Positions 47,157-61,157 of a stretch of DNA of 64,000 nt are shown here, one piece after another; positions within the stretch are counted from its first letter, which is position 1, and each line of letters starts with the position of its first letter. The notes under the pieces are model-generated. The model saw only the letters and a list, made by a program, of their open reading frames with translations, made no database searches and was not told the origin of the DNA. Position numbers and translations under genes: made by a program. The stretch is from Eledone cirrhosa (taxonomy: Eukaryota), in NCBI GenBank assembly GCA_964016885.1, contig OZ024742.1:73842001-73906000 (forward strand), given 5' to 3'.

Positions 47157-47285
47157 AGCCGTCGAAACGGCTTGAGCTCTGCCGTCGGGGTCTTGAACAT
47201 TTTCCTATTACTCACTCTACTACTTTAAGTATTGAGTACTCTGGTGCGTTATGGGCCACCTCGTTCCCTACCACACTTCCTTCAT
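47157..47285 (+). mobile_element. Family Z insert
   Basis: Homologous to 10390-10517. Confidence 0.7.
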
Positions 47286-47321
47286 TATATATATATATAT
47301 TATATATATATATATATATAT

Positions 47322-47852
47322 TTCGTTTCTGAATTTGTTTAGCAAGATTCTTTATCTGAAAATGTGTGTTGAAACCGATATTGTTATGGTTTGGGAGGCT
47401 CATGTTGCCAATAAGAAACACACGCACCAGTTGCTTTCACTCCAATTTATTAAAAATTAAATTTATAAATTTAAGAATTTATAAATTTCCGGTTGGTTGG
47501 TTGGTTCCACAACCGGACGGTTGTTCATATATTGTCAAAGTTCTTTCGTCACACATTCTGTGACCTCTTCAGTGACTGGGGATTATTTTCTCAAAAACAA
47601 GATGGCGTAGGACAGAACCAAGGAAAGGCACAAAAACAAAGAAAAGAATCCCCAGTCACTGAAGAGGTCACAGAATGTGTGACGAAAGAACTTTGACAAT
47701 ATTAGAACAACCGTCCGGTTGTGGAACCAACCAACCATCCGGAAATTTATAAATTCTTAAATTTATAAATTTAATTTATAATAAATTGGAGTGAAAGCAA
47801 CTGGTGCCTGTGTTTCTTATTGGCAACATGACCCTCCCAAAGCATAACAATA
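47322..47852. mobile_element. Foldback insert with ~210-bp arms and an HHR in each
   Basis: Arms at about 47380-47590 and 47642-47852. Confidence 0.85.
47655..47697 (+). ncRNA. Type I hammerhead ribozyme (mirror at 47534-47576)
   Basis: gtca CTGAAGA g-gtcaca-gaatg-tgtgac GAAAG aa CTT tgac. Confidence 0.8.
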
Positions 47853-47859
47853 ATATATA

Positions 47860-48049
47860 TATATTAATTCAAAATATTAAGAAACATAGACATTCGTGTG
47901 ATCAAGTATATACTTGATCACACGAATGTCTATATTTGTTAATATTTTGAATTAATATTAATAACTCCGGAAAACCAACACTGTTGAGTGCTTCTAATCT
48001 ATTGTAAAAGTTTATTCATTGATTTATTCATTGAACCTTGTTTAACCTT

Positions 48050-48052
<3 letters not shown>
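47860..48052. mobile_element. ~95-bp palindrome plus family Y tail
   Basis: The centre is GATCAAGTAT|ATACTTGATC, followed by actcc..ctgttgagtgcttcta. Confidence 0.6.
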
Positions 48053-48131
<79 letters not shown>

Positions 48132-48570
48132 ACAGTGTGCGTAGTGAATGCGTGTGTGTATGTGTGAATATTTGAGAGTGCATATTAGTGCGCGTGTGTG
48201 TGTGTGTATATGTGTATGATCTGTCTGTATAAGTATCTGTGTAACTATCTGAGTATGTGTATCTGAGTTAAAGTGTTCGTCGACTGTGTCAGAGGGTATA
48301 TATCAATGTCAGCGTGAGTATGCATATGTACAGCTATGTCAGTGTATGTGTGTGTGTGGTATATGAGTGTGTATATGTATGCATATGTATGTATATGTAC
48401 ATCTATGTCAGTGTATGTGTGTATGTATTTATGTGTATATGTATATACGTGTGTGTGTGCATGTGTGTGTATATATGTGTATGTGTGTGTATATGTGGGT
48501 GTATGTGTATGAGTGTATGAGTGTGTATGTGTATATGTCTGTATGTGTGTATGAGTGTGTGTGTGTGTGT

Positions 48571-48608
<38 letters not shown>

Positions 48609-48699
48609 TGTCGACTGTTCAGTTAATTACTGACCGTCTGTTTTTTTGCTGCTTCATGTTTCAATTTATCACAGAATTAATTCATTCAGTGACCTACAT

Positions 48700-49240
48700 A
48701 GCAACAGACAGAATTGACAACAGTCTGACAGACAGACAGACAGGACTGACAACAGTCTGACAGTCAGACAGACAGGACTGACAACAGTCTGGCAGACAGA
48801 CAGACAGAACTGAACAACGGTCTGGCAGACAGACAGAACTGAACAACAGTCTGGCAGACAGCCGACAGAAGTGAACAACAGTCTGACAGACAGACAGAAC
48901 TGAACAACAGTCTGACAGACAGACAGACAAAACTGAACAACAGTCTGACAGACAGACAGACAGAACTGAACAACGGTCTGGCAGACAGACAGAACTGAAC
49001 AACAGTCTGGCAGACAGCCGACAGAAGTGAACAACAGTCTGGCAGACAGACAGAACTGAACAACAGTCTGACAGACAGACAGACAAAACTGAACAACAGT
49101 CTGACAGACAGACAGACAGAACTGAACAACAGTCTGGCAGACAGACAGACAGAACTGAACAACAGACTGACAGACAGACAGACAGACAGACAGGACTGAC
49201 AACAATCTGACAGACAGACAGACAGGACTGACAACAGTCT

Positions 49241-49276
<36 letters not shown>

Positions 49277-51773
49277 GTACTGACAACAGTCTGACAGTCA
49301 GACAGACAGAAGTGAACAACAGTCTGACAGACAGACAGGACTGACAACAGTCTGACAGTCAGACAGACAGAAGTGAACAACAGTCTGACAGACAGACAGA
49401 CAGAAGTGAACAACAGTCTGACAGACAGACGGAACTGAACAACAGTCTGACAAACAGACAGACAGAAGTGAAGAACAGTCTGACAGACAGACAGACAGAC
49501 AGAAGTGAAGGACAGTCTGACAGACAGACAGACAGACAGAAGTGAACAACAGTCTGACAGACAGACGGAGAGAAGTGACCAACAGTCTGACAGACAGACA
49601 GACAGAACTGAACAACAGTCTGACAGACAGACAGAAGTGAACAACAGTCTGACAGACAGACAGACAGTACTGAACAACAGTCTGACAAACAGACAGACAG
49701 TACTGAACAACAGTCTGACAGACAGACAGAAGTGAAGAACAGTCTGACAGACAGACAGACAGACAGAGGTGAACAACAGTCTGAAAGACAGACGGACAGA
49801 AGTGAACAACAGTCTGACAGACAGACAGACAGAACTGAACAAGAATCTGACAGACAGACAGAACTGAACAAGAGTCTGACAGACAGACAGACAGAACAGA
49901 ACAACAGTCTGGCAGACAGACAGTACTGAACAACAGTCTGACAGACAGACAGAACTGAACAAGAATCTGACAGACAGACAGAACTGAACAAGAGTCTGAC
50001 AGACAGACAGACAGAACAGAACAACAGTCTGACAGACAGACAGTACTGAACAACAGACTGACAGACAGATAGAACTGAACAACAGACTGACAGACAGATA
50101 GAACTCAACAACAGTCTGACAGACAGACAGACAGAACTGAACAACAGTCTGACAGACAGACAGACAGAAGTGAACAACAGTCTGACAGACAGACAGACAG
50201 AAGTGAACAACAGTCTGACAGACAGACAGACAGTACTGAACAACAGTCTGACGGACAGACAGACAGGAGTGAACAACAATCTGACAGACAGACAGACAGA
50301 CAGAAGTGAACAACAGTCTGACAGACACACAGAAGTGAACAACAATCTGACAGACATACAGACAGACAGACAGAAGTGAACAACAATCTGACAGACAGAC
50401 AGACAGAAGTGAACAACAGTCTGACAGACAGACAGACAGACAGAAGTGAACAACAGTCTGACAGACACACAGAAGTGAACAACAATCTGACAGACATACA
50501 GACAGACAGACAGAAGTGAACAACAATCTGACAGACAGACAGACAGACAGAAGTGAACAACAGTCTGACAGACAGACAGACCGAACTGAACAACAGTCTG
50601 ACAGACAGACAGGCAGGACTGACAACAGTCTGACAGACAGACAGACAGACAGACAGAACTGAACAACAGTCTAACAGACAGACAGAACTGAACAATAGTC
50701 TGACAGACAGACAGAACTGAACAACAGTCTAACAGACAGACAGAAGTGAACAACAGTCTGACAGACAGACAGAACTGAATAACAGTCTGACAGACAGACA
50801 GACAGAACTGAACAACAGTCTGACAGACAGACAGACAGGACTGACAACAGTCTGACAGACAGACAGACAAAACTGAACAACAGTCTGACAGACAGACAGA
50901 GAGACAGAACTGAACAACAGTCTGACAGACAGACAGACAGGACTGAACAACAGTCTGACAGACAGACGGACAGAAGTGAACAACAGTCTGACAGATAGAC
51001 AGACAGTACTGAACAACAGTCTAACAGACAGACAGAACTGAACAACAGTCTGACAGACAGACAGACAGAAGTGAACAACAGTCTGGCAGACAGACAGACA
51101 GAAGTGAACAACAGTCTGACAGACAGACAGAACTGAACAACAGTCTGACAGACAGACAGAAGTGAACAACAGTCTGACAGACAGACAGACAGGACTGACA
51201 ACAGTCTGACAGACAGACAGACAGCACTGAACAACAGTCTGACAGACAGACAGAGAGACAGAACTGAACAACAGTCTGACAGACAGACAGACAGAACTAA
51301 ACAACAGTCTGACAGACAGACAGACAGAACTGAACAACAGTCTGACAGACAGACAGACAGAACTGAACAACAGTCTGACAGACAGACGGACAGATGTGAA
51401 CAACAGTCTGACAGACAGACGGACAGAAGTGAACAACAGTCTGACAGACAGACAGACAGAACTGAACAACAGTCTGACAGACAGACAGAAGTGAACAATA
51501 GTCTGACATACAGACAGAACTGAACAACAGTCTGGCAGACAGACAGTACTGAACAACAGTCTGACAGACAGACAGAACTGAACAAGAATCTGACAGACAG
51601 ACAGAACTGAACAAGAGTCTGACAGACAGACAGACAGAACAGAACAACAGTCTGACAGACAGACAGTACTGAACAACAGACTGACAGACAGATAGAACTG
51701 AACAACAGACTGACAGACAGATAGAACTCAACAACAGTCTGACAGACAGACAGACAGAACTGAACAACAGTCT

Positions 51774-51807
<34 letters not shown>

Positions 51808-51921
51808 AGTGAACAACAGTCTGACAGTCAGACAGACAGCACTGAACAACAGTCTGACTGATAGACAGACAGAAGTGAACAAGAGTCTGACAGACAGACG
51901 GACAGAAGTGAACAACTGTCT

Positions 51922-51963
<42 letters not shown>

Positions 51964-52795
51964 AATGAACAAGAGTCTGACAGACAGACAGAGGTGAACA
52001 ACAGTCTGACAGACAGACAGACAGAACTAAACAACAGTCTGACAGACAGACAGAAGTGAACAATAGTCTGATATACAGACAGAACTGAACAACAGTCTGA
52101 CAGACAGACGGAGAGAACTGAACAACAGTCTGACAGACAGACGGACAGAACTGAACAACAGTCTGACTGACAGACAGAACTGAACAACAGTCTGACAGAC
52201 AGACAGAACTGAACAACAGTCTGACAGACAGACAGAAGTGAACAACAGTCTGACAGACAGACAGACAGAACTGAACAACAGTCAGACAGACAGACAGAAG
52301 TGAACAACAGTCTGACAGACAGACGGACAGAAGTGAACAACAGTCTGACAGACAGACAGACAGACAGACAGAAGTGAACAACAGTCTGACAGACTGACAG
52401 ACAGAACTGAACAACAGTCTGACAGACTGACAGACAGAACTGAACAACAGTCTGACAGACAGACGGACAGAAGTGAACAACAGTCTGACAGACAGACAGG
52501 CAGAACTGAACAACAGTCTGACAGACAGACGGACAGAACTGAACAACAGTCTGACAGACAGACAGACAGAAGTGAACAACAGTCTGACAGACAGACAGAC
52601 AGAAGTGAACAACAGTCTGACAGACAGACAGAACTGAACAACAGTCTGACAGACAGACAGACAGACAGACAGACAGAAGTGAACAACAGTCTGACAGACA
52701 GACAGACAGAAGTGAACAACAGTCTGACAGACAGACGGACAGAAGTGAACAACAGTCTGACAGACAGACAGACAGGACTGACAACAGTCTGACAA
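48700..52795. repeat. 4.1-kb (GACA)n-based satellite
   Basis: Unit (GACA)3-9 + GAA(C/G)TGAACAACAGTCT. Confidence 0.95.
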
Positions 52796-53099
52796 CTTTC
52801 TGTTTATTTGCCACTAGGGCACAAAAGAAAGGGTCATGTACATGGGGGGAGTTTACATAAAAATCGAGTAAGAAAAATGTAATAAATAAAATTGTAACAA
52901 GAAGGTCCTCAATAGGGATGGGTCGTTTTGGGGTCACACACACCCCTGAAAAAAATGTGCGACCCTTCTCCACGGGAGCACAAAGAGATGGTGCTCCCTT
53001 CTTCCTTTTCCACCTACAGGCTGAGGTAGAGAGAAGGTCCATTCACACGGGCCATTCACGCAACTTTCACCCACCTTTCATAAAACTGGCTGGAGTGGA

Positions 53100-55223
53100 G
53101 CACCTCTCTCTCCATCCTGATCCTTCTTCCGAAATGGTATCGGAAGAAAAGGACCAGTTGTTGGCCGGAAAGAAAGGTGTCCGACCTCAGCCCTTTTAGA
53201 CGCGTCCACCATATAACTTCTTTTACCATGGCTATTACACAGAGGAAGACCACTCTCCTTCATTTTTGAATGGGGGAGGCGGCTTGATCGTTACAATGGA
53301 CTCGGTGGTCAACCTAATTGGTCCCACCCGTGACAGCAGTTGTTCGACATAGCCCCACAGATCGGTAACGCCCGGGAAGTGCACCAATGCGTGCGCGACG
53401 GTTTCCTCGTCGCGCACTCATCTGGGACAGATCTTTTTCGAGGGGTCCCAACCCGGGCGCCCGTGTCTGTAAAGCTTATCCCGAACGGGCAGAGGCCCTC
53501 GGTAGCACTGCCAGGCCAAGGACTTCTGGAAGTTGTCCATAGGTCCCGGGCCGAAAGTCCTACCGAATAGGCTGGCCAGTTCGTCCTCCTCCATGTCTCC
53601 TCCTCCTCCTCCACCTGCTAACCACCAGCCCTCTATAGAATGACGAGGTGGAGTCACCAGCGATAGCCGGGTCCACCTGCCAGAGAGCCGTGAGCGCCTG
53701 GGCACATTCGGTGTGCCAGGACTGCAGCTCGGTGAGCGAAACGAGCCTCGGTAAGGCTCGCCTCACAAACGGGGCCCACACCGGTTGACCAGTGAGGAAT
53801 ACGTAGAGGGGCCGTAGCCTCAATGCGTTTTTACGGATTTTTAGCCACGGCATCCCAGCCCTTCTTTCAAAGGGTGTTGACAGCAGATAGATCTCCTCAC
53901 CAGGGGAGACCCCCTCTTCCAAAGGTAGTGAAAGAGAGCGCGCTCCATTTTGGCGAGGATCTCACTCGGGCAAGGCACAACAGTCAAGCGGTTATAGATG
54001 ACGGACGCTATGTAAGAGTTCGCTACCTCCGCCCGACCTTTCAGGGATAGTTTGCACTCGGCCCACTTCTGGGTCAGTGCAAACACCCTATTCGTCACCT
54101 CACCCCAGTTTTTCTCCACCTGGAGGTCCGGTCCGAACCAGACCCCAAGCAACTTCACCGGGCCCTCCGTCCACCGTCCGACGATGCCGTCGGATGACAT
54201 CGGTTTGCCCCTCCACTCGCCGAGTTGCAAAGCGACTGACTTGTCCCGGTTCAGCTTAGCCCCTGTCAACCTTTCGTACTCCTCCAGTAAGGTGCCAATT
54301 GCCTCGATTTCCGCGGTGGTCGACACCATTACTGTTACGTCATCGGCGTAGGCCGACACCGCTTTGCGCAATCCCGGTTCCAAAGGGATGCCCTGCAACA
54401 ACTCCAACTTCCGCAGTAGTGGCTCGAGAGCCAATACATACAGAAGGGAGGAGAGAGGGCACCCCTGTCGGATGGAGCGGATGATTTCGAACGGCTCCAA
54501 AAGGTAGCCGTTCACCTTGACTCTAGAGCAGATGCGGCTGCTGTGCATGGCAGTGATCCAGCCCCTGAAAACGGGTCTGAAACCAGCCGCCGCTAGCACC
54601 TCATCCAGGTAACCATGGTCCACCCTATCGAACGCTTTAGACTGATCTAAATTTGTCAGGGCCCCACCAAAGCCGGGTTCATTCCCAACCCTCTCTATGA
54701 TGTATCGCATGAGGTGGAGGTTGTCGTGGATGGACCTGGACGGGATAGCGCATGTCTGCGCATCTCCCACCAGGCCCACCACGAAAAGCGCCAACCTCTT
54801 CGCTAACACCTTGGCCAAAATCTTTAACTCTGTATTTAGCAGAGTTATGGGCCTAAAATTACTAATGTCATCCCCCTTGTTCTCGTCCTTCCTCAATAGC
54901 GAGACTACGCCCTTGGTCACAGAACAGGGAATTCTACCGTTCTGTTGCCAGTTGCAGTAGACCGCCTCGAGGAGATCGGGGAACAAGTCCGGCATATTAA
55001 TATATAGTTTGTAGGGCAGACCATCGAGCCCTGGAGATTTGCGTTTGCCGCATAGGCTCAGCACGTCCCCTATTTCAGCAGCTGAGATCGGCCCGTCGCA
55101 GGACCTCGCCTCCTTGTCCGAAAGACGCGGCAGGCCGTCGAGGTATGGACCGAAATCCACATCTCCAACCGGACCCCGGCCCTCCCGAACAATCGGGCAA
55201 AGTGCCTTTGAAAGGCCTCGCAC
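53100..55223 (-). pseudogene. ORF2 RT and C-terminal zinc region (frameshifted)
   Basis: KSPGLDGLP, FRPITLLN, DQSKAFD, RQGCPLS, AYADD and CPR..ETVAHALVH motifs. Confidence 0.92.
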
Positions 55224-56398
55224 ATTTGCTTAGGTTCAAGGATCACCCGTTCATCCTGGTCTCGCAAAGACCGGATAGTGGATCTAATCCCACTTTTGGC
55301 TTCTGTCACGCGGGCCCAGCTAACAGCTTTGGTCCCCTCGTTTCCCAGAGCACCTATTTTGCTTCGGACAACGCAGCCTTCGTGTTTCGCGTCGAAGAAC
55401 TGGCTCAAGACCGTTCTCGACGCTTGCACTCTGGCCACGTTGCGGCTTCTCATTGCCTCTTCAACATTAACTACCAACTCCCTTTCCTTCCTATTTCTAT
55501 CTGAGGCTAACTCCTTACTAACACCTATTGAAACTACTCTAATCTCTCTTTTTAGAGAGCCCCACCACCTGTTGTTGACGATGGCGCCCGTCAACCGCTC
55601 CTTAACTAAGGTTCTAATCCGGTCCCTGTAAGCTCTACTTGCCGGTAAGGACAAGTTGAGCTTCCAGTAACCGGGTCCCTGCCTATGCGTTCTATCAAGG
55701 TGGACTACGCAGGTCACTAACTTGTGATCTGAATAGCCCACCATGAGCATTTCTGGACAACTTAAAAAGTCCCTATCCTTAATTCTAACTAAGAACCTAT
55801 CTAGGTACGATCTAGATTGACCACTGTTATTTGACCATGTCCAGGTTGGCACAGTCGGAAAATCTAGTCGATATCTATCGACCAGGTCAAATCGGCCGAT
55901 TAAGCCCTTGAGGCTGTTACACCCCTCTCTATCGGGACATGCCCCTACATAGTCCCAACGTGCATCTAGGATACCATTCCAGTCCCCCACTAAAAGCAAG
56001 GAGCGGGACGTCCCTAGAAAAGTCTCCAGACGATGGAAGAAGTCCGACCGCATTGCCCCAAAAGGGGCGTATACGGCGACAAACCTAATAGCTTCGCCTT
56101 CACCACTGCCAAGGTCCAGAACCACGAGTCGACCCTCCGGGTCCAAGTGTACTGTCTGTATAGCGAGACCCAGATGTTTTTGCAGCAGAACGACAACCCC
56201 ACCCCCACCTCCGGGCTGACAGAGAGATGCGTGCATCTCAAAGTCATCAAAGGTGGGGGCTAGTTGTCGCACGCTGCTGATCCGGGCCTCGCAAATAACC
56301 ATCACATTTATACATTGTGACCTGAGGTCATTTAGAAGTTTAGCTTGCTTCCAATGTGAGCTCAAGCCACGTGTATTTAGACAACCTACTCTTAACAC
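55070..56398 (-). pseudogene. ORF2 APE endonuclease portion
   Basis: LNTRGL, VAVYAP, GDWN, SYLDRF, SDH and GYWKLN motifs. Confidence 0.92.
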
Positions 56399-56427
56399 AG
56401 CCAGGTTGGTGGTAAAGAAAGAGGCAC

Positions 56428-57864
56428 TTACCTCTCTGCGTCCCGGGGTCCGGGCTGCTCAGTTTCCATGGGGCTGGTGGAGGGGTTGTTGGGTGGGGTG
56501 GTGGTTTGTGGTGGTGTGGGTGTATTAGTGTGTGGAGGGGTTGGGGTGTTTGAGGAGGGGACGGGAAAACTTTTCAGGCGGACGCGGTTGAGTGGCCTGG
56601 TGCAGGGTGGGCCCACGTCCTCAGGGTAAATGTTTTTCAATGTTTTGAAAATGTCAAGTAGGACTTTCACCATTTTCAGGTTAGGGAGTCCCATTGACAT
56701 TGCAAAATTCGGCCCTTCGGTTTGTACCGAAGGGTTGTTGTCTATTTTTTCTGTTAAGTTTTTATTGTTTTTGTTTATGAATGTGTAGAGTTTTTGTGTT
56801 GTTGTGTTTGTTTTTGCTTGTTGTTCTTGAGTGTGCTTGCGTTTTGTTGTCTGTGTTGTGTTGTCAAGTGGGGTTATTTTTGTTTGTGTGGTGTGTGTAC
56901 GTTTTTCCCTTTTCACTTTTTGGAAGGGAGCCCCCTCGTCTTCCGAGGATATGAGCTCCTCTTCCGTATTGGAGGGGAGGGGTATATTTCCAGGTTGTGT
57001 ATGAACTGCGTGTGTTTTTATATTTGTGTTCTGTGGGGAGGGGCTGGGTGGGACCGTGTTTTGGGTTGTTTTCTTGAGCTGTTGTTGATGTTGTTGTTGT
57101 GGTGGTGGTGGTGGAGGTGGTGTTGTTGGTTTTTGTTGTCGTTGTGGTGGTGATGGTAATGTATTTTGTTGTTTTTGTGGTGGTGGTGCTGGTTGTTTTT
57201 GTTGTTGTTGTGGTGTTTGTAGCAGTGGTTTTTTTGTTGTTAGTAGAGGGAAGGCCGTCCTCAGGTGACCTCTGCCAGCGCAGTGGTAACAGGAGGGCCT
57301 CCTGCCTTCCACCGTAATATTAATAAAGGTTCGCCCATCCAGTAGGACTCGGTCGGGTATTCCGGCGATTCTCTCAGGTGTCATCTGTAAGAGAATCTCC
57401 AGACTTTTCCCCCCGAACAGTCCACTGGTGGACTTCCCTGCTGATATTAGGATGTCCTTTTTTAGGTCCGTGAAACCTGTCAGGACGGACCAGATGTTTA
57501 CTTCTGGCGTTGAGCTCCACATTCTTAGTCTCTGAGTTCTTCTTCCTTTATATGTGGGGAAGAAGGTGTATTGTGGTGACACTATAGGTGCCACCGAGCA
57601 TTTTTGAGCCAGCGTTTCGTCCTTCATTCGGACCATAATGCTGGCATACAGCTTTCCTCTTTCAATAAAGAGTATGTCTTTTTTTATGTCTTTCAGAACC
57701 AGCTCAATTTGACTTTCTGTCAATTGAGCTGGCTTTCTTGTTGTGTTGGATATCGTCCTGACGGTTATGGTATTCTTATAAACCTGTTGACGAACTTCTT
57801 CTGGGGAGTTGATCGTAAAAGAACCATCCTCCCCAAAAGATATGTATTTTCTGGCATTTAGCAA
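56428..57864 (-). CDS. ORF1 nucleic-acid-binding protein (frame probably extends further 5')
   Basis: Zinc knuckle CYHCAGRGHLRTAF (last Cys lost) with a Q/P/T-rich tail, directly upstream of the APE ORF. Confidence 0.75.
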   Translation of the reverse strand: MLNARKYISFGEDGSFTINSPEEVRQQVYKNTITVRTISNTTRKPAQLTESQIELVLKDIKKDILFIERGKLYASIMVRMKDETLAQKCSVAPIVSPQYTFFPTYKGRRTQRLRMWSSTPEVNIWSVLTGFTDLKKDILISAGKSTSGLFGGKSLEILLQMTPERIAGIPDRVLLDGRTFINITVEGRRPSCYHCAGRGHLRTAFPLLTTKKPLLQTPQQQQKQPAPPPQKQQNTLPSPPQRQQKPTTPPPPPPPQQQHQQQLKKTTQNTVPPSPSPQNTNIKTHAVHTQPGNIPLPSNTEEELISSEDEGAPFQKVKREKRTHTTQTKITPLDNTTQTTKRKHTQEQQAKTNTTTQKLYTFINKNNKNLTEKIDNNPSVQTEGPNFAMSMGLPNLKMVKVLLDIFKTLKNIYPEDVGPPCTRPLNRVRLKSFPVPSSNTPTPPHTNTPTPPQTTTPPNNPSTSPMETEQPGPRDAER

Positions 57865-58369
57865 GTTCTGCTTAGCGTTTGTAATGTCTATGGGCTTGTA
57901 CTCGATAGCTTTCCTGACCGTTTGGGCAAAAGAAACTTTGTTGTCTTTGTTGCTTTCGCTTCGTTCATTGTTGCTTGTTGTTACAATGTTGTTGGTTTCA
58001 TCTTTTGTAGTATTTTTTTCCTTGTTATTTTTTTTAAAATTTAGGTTTTCACTCGAATTAATAGTCTTTTTTTCATTCGAGAGGAGGGGCTGTTCAACAG
58101 TTTGAATTGTTGTTCCCGCTTTCTCGCCTTTTTTGGTGGGCGGACGCTAGCTTCCAATATGGCCTCCTCGTTTTCAACGATATCGATAAACATTTTGAAT
58201 TAAATATTTTTTCACCCCAAAAGGGGTGAAAATATATTTACCCTACGTCTACAGTCCCAGACGAGGGGTTAGAGTCAACAATAGTAAAACAATTTAAATA
58301 ATACACTCACAAATAACCAAGTAAAGATTCCAAATCGAAGAGCCGATGTGTAAGACGTCTACTATCAAA

Positions 58370-58504
58370 GACAGATAGACGGACAAATAGACAGACAGAC
58401 AGAGAGACAGAGAGACAGAGAGACAGACAGACAGACAAACAGACTGACAGACTGACAGACAGACTGATAGACAAACAAACAGACAGACAGACTGACAGAC
58501 AGAC
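58370..58504. repeat. (GACA)n microsatellite
   Basis: Direct inspection. Same strand polarity as 48700-52795. Confidence 0.85.
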
Positions 58505-59030
58505 GTGTAATAGTACAAATAGGTTTAAACTATGGCTAGTATTTCAGCGTTCTTTGTAAGATTTCTTTCTTGTTTTATTTTTCCCTAGATCCACCCCCAC
58601 ACACATACACACACCTCACAACACACACCACATACATACATGCATACCTGTAAACACATACATACATACACACACAACACACATATATAAACATGTTCTC
58701 TATTCTAAGATGACGACCAGACATTTTTTCATTTATTATCTCGTGAAGCTCACAAATTTCTTCTTTTTATTTGTTGTATTACATTTGTCATTAATTATTT
58801 ATTCATTTGGTCTGGCTGAAAACTAAAAGAATACAACAATAAAGATTATGTAAATTATTGGAATGTAGAATTAAAATTAGAATAATTGTTATCATTATTC
58901 TGTAGGTCTGGTGAAGATGACCATTTCTGAAGTGCTTCACCTGAATACCAAACTTGTCGTCTGAACTGTTGGAAATGAGGAGCAAAACACTTGTTTCTTT
59001 ATATGAACTGTTTACAATCCACACACACAG

Positions 59031-59169
<139 letters not shown>

Positions 59170-59171
59170 AA

Positions 59172-59243
59172 AGCTTCTACACGACTAGAACTGTTTCATT
59201 CGTGAGAAATCATCGGGTTGCCCCCGATTGAACCCGGATAACT
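59172..59243. mobile_element. Family X mini-insert with a degenerate HHR (minus)
   Basis: Reverse complement reads CCGATGA t-ttc-tcac-gaa-t GAAAC a GTT, followed by the forward tail end ccccgattgaacccgga. Confidence 0.6.
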
Positions 59244-59467
59244 TATATATATATATATATATATATAAATATATATATTATATATATAGGGGTCAAACCT
59301 GTCAAAGGCCATCTCAATGGCCGATGACCCTGGATTTCTGTGTCTTTAGTTTGTATTTTTATTTTTTTTAAATACAAACGAAAGGTTTCCCCTTAAAAAA
59401 TTGTTTTTCGTTTTGTCTTGTTTCCATTCGTTGTCTTGTCCTCCCTTTGTTAATTTTCTGAAGTTTT

Positions 59468-59745
<278 letters not shown>

Positions 59746-59829
59746 TTCATCGTCATTCATAAATGTATATATATATATATATATATATAGTTGCGAGGTT
59801 TTTGATATGAAATCATGTGTCGAAACAAA

Positions 59830-60646
59830 TATTGTTATACTTGGGGAGGGTCATATTTGTGTAATAATATTGCCAGAATTAATAACAGAACACACTCACT
59901 GTTTTGGTTGGTTTTCGCTTCTGTGTCTTTTATATCGGTTAATTTAATATATTCGGTCCTCAATGTTACCATTGACTGACCAACGGTCAAAAATACAGAT
60001 ACAGTATAGACACAAACACATATATATAGTCTAACAAAGTTCTTTCGTTGCACATCTGCAACATCGTCAGTGGTGTTATTATGTTTCCTCCCGTTGTATT
60101 GTATGCCTACGCCATCTTTATTTAGTCTGTTTATTTATTTATTTTTATTTATTCTCTGCGAATGCGTTTGCGTGTGTGTGTAGTGTTTAATGTTTGTTCG
60201 TGTTTGGGTGACTGTGTATTGGTTATTGTATTCTATCTTAGTTTACTAGTGTGTGTTTATATGTTTGTTGTAATTGTGCTTGTGTATGTATTGATTTATT
60301 TATTTATACTTCTCTTAGGTCAGTATTGTTTGTTTGGGTGTTGTTATTCCATTCATTTTTTCTGTTTAACCTTGGCCTTCTAAGTTCTATTTCGCTGGCC
60401 TCTCTGATTTGCCTATCTGCTGGGTCATTTCTATGTTTAGATATTATTCTAATTTCTATGTTGTCTATGTTACCGTCGTGTTGTTGTCTGGCATGTTCGT
60501 ATAGTCAGTCAATGGTAACATTGAGGACCGAATAAATTAAATTAACCTATATAAAAGACACAGAAGCGAAAACCAACCAAAAAGTGAGTGTGTTCTGTTA
60601 TTAATTCTGGCAATATTATTACACAAATATGACCCTCCCCAAGTAT

Positions 60647-60652
<6 letters not shown>
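59830..60652 (-). mobile_element. Short 5'-truncated PLE with an inverted tail
   Basis: 59830-59980 is inverted at 60504-60652, with an endonuclease C-terminus inside. Confidence 0.75.
60304..60501 (-). pseudogene. GIY-YIG endonuclease C-terminal fragment (not in ORF track)
   Basis: YEHARQQHDG..IRIISKHRNDPADRQIREASEIELRRPRLNRKNEW. Confidence 0.7.
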
Positions 60653-60688
<36 letters not shown>

Positions 60689-60792
60689 GGGTTAACAAAT
60701 AATTGTTATATGCAGTCCACTTAGGTGTAGCAATGTAGCAATGAGATTAAAAACCATTTTTGTATAGCAAACCGTGTCACTCTTCTTTCCTG

Positions 60793-60827
<35 letters not shown>

Positions 60828-60845
60828 CATATGGGCATGTTTGTG

Positions 60846-60893
<48 letters not shown>

Positions 60894-61082
60894 CAATGAA
60901 AATGTTAGTTGATTTATAATCGATTATATCGCCAGTTCGAAAACGTCTATACCTACTGTAATATTTCTCCCACTCAATACCTTCTGTGTTGAGGTTTTTA
61001 TATCTCATATCCTTGTTGGCTACAGATCTGAACAGCTCGTCTGGCCGTCTGCATATAAAATGTTTTTGTACATCTCGAGTGG

Positions 61083-61157
61083 ATTTTGACTGAAGAGAAC
61101 GTGTTTTGGCTTATGTTATACGTAAGCTTTGCATCTTCGAAATACGTATTATGAAAT
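61083..61157 (+). ncRNA. Type I hammerhead ribozyme (stem I imperfect)
   Basis: CTGAAGA gaa..gctta..taagc..ttc GAAAT acgt ATT. Confidence 0.6.

Larger units (their letters stand above)
52796..58300 (-). mobile_element. Near full-length Tx1/L1-clade non-LTR retrotransposon (inactivated)
   Basis: ORF1 followed by APE-RT-zinc ORF2 with frameshifts. The 3' end is GTGGCAAATAAACAGAAAG. The 5' boundary is approximate. Confidence 0.92.

Noticed and set aside
48669-53042. Long SVCL/DRQT ORFs and a CRISPR-like repeat-spacer appearance
   Set aside because: This is a (GACA)n satellite. The 'spacers' are only variable GACA counts, there are no cas genes, and the context is eukaryotic.
58890-59010. Possible host exon after TTCTGTAG
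   Set aside because: No recognisable peptide or donor site, so it cannot be supported.
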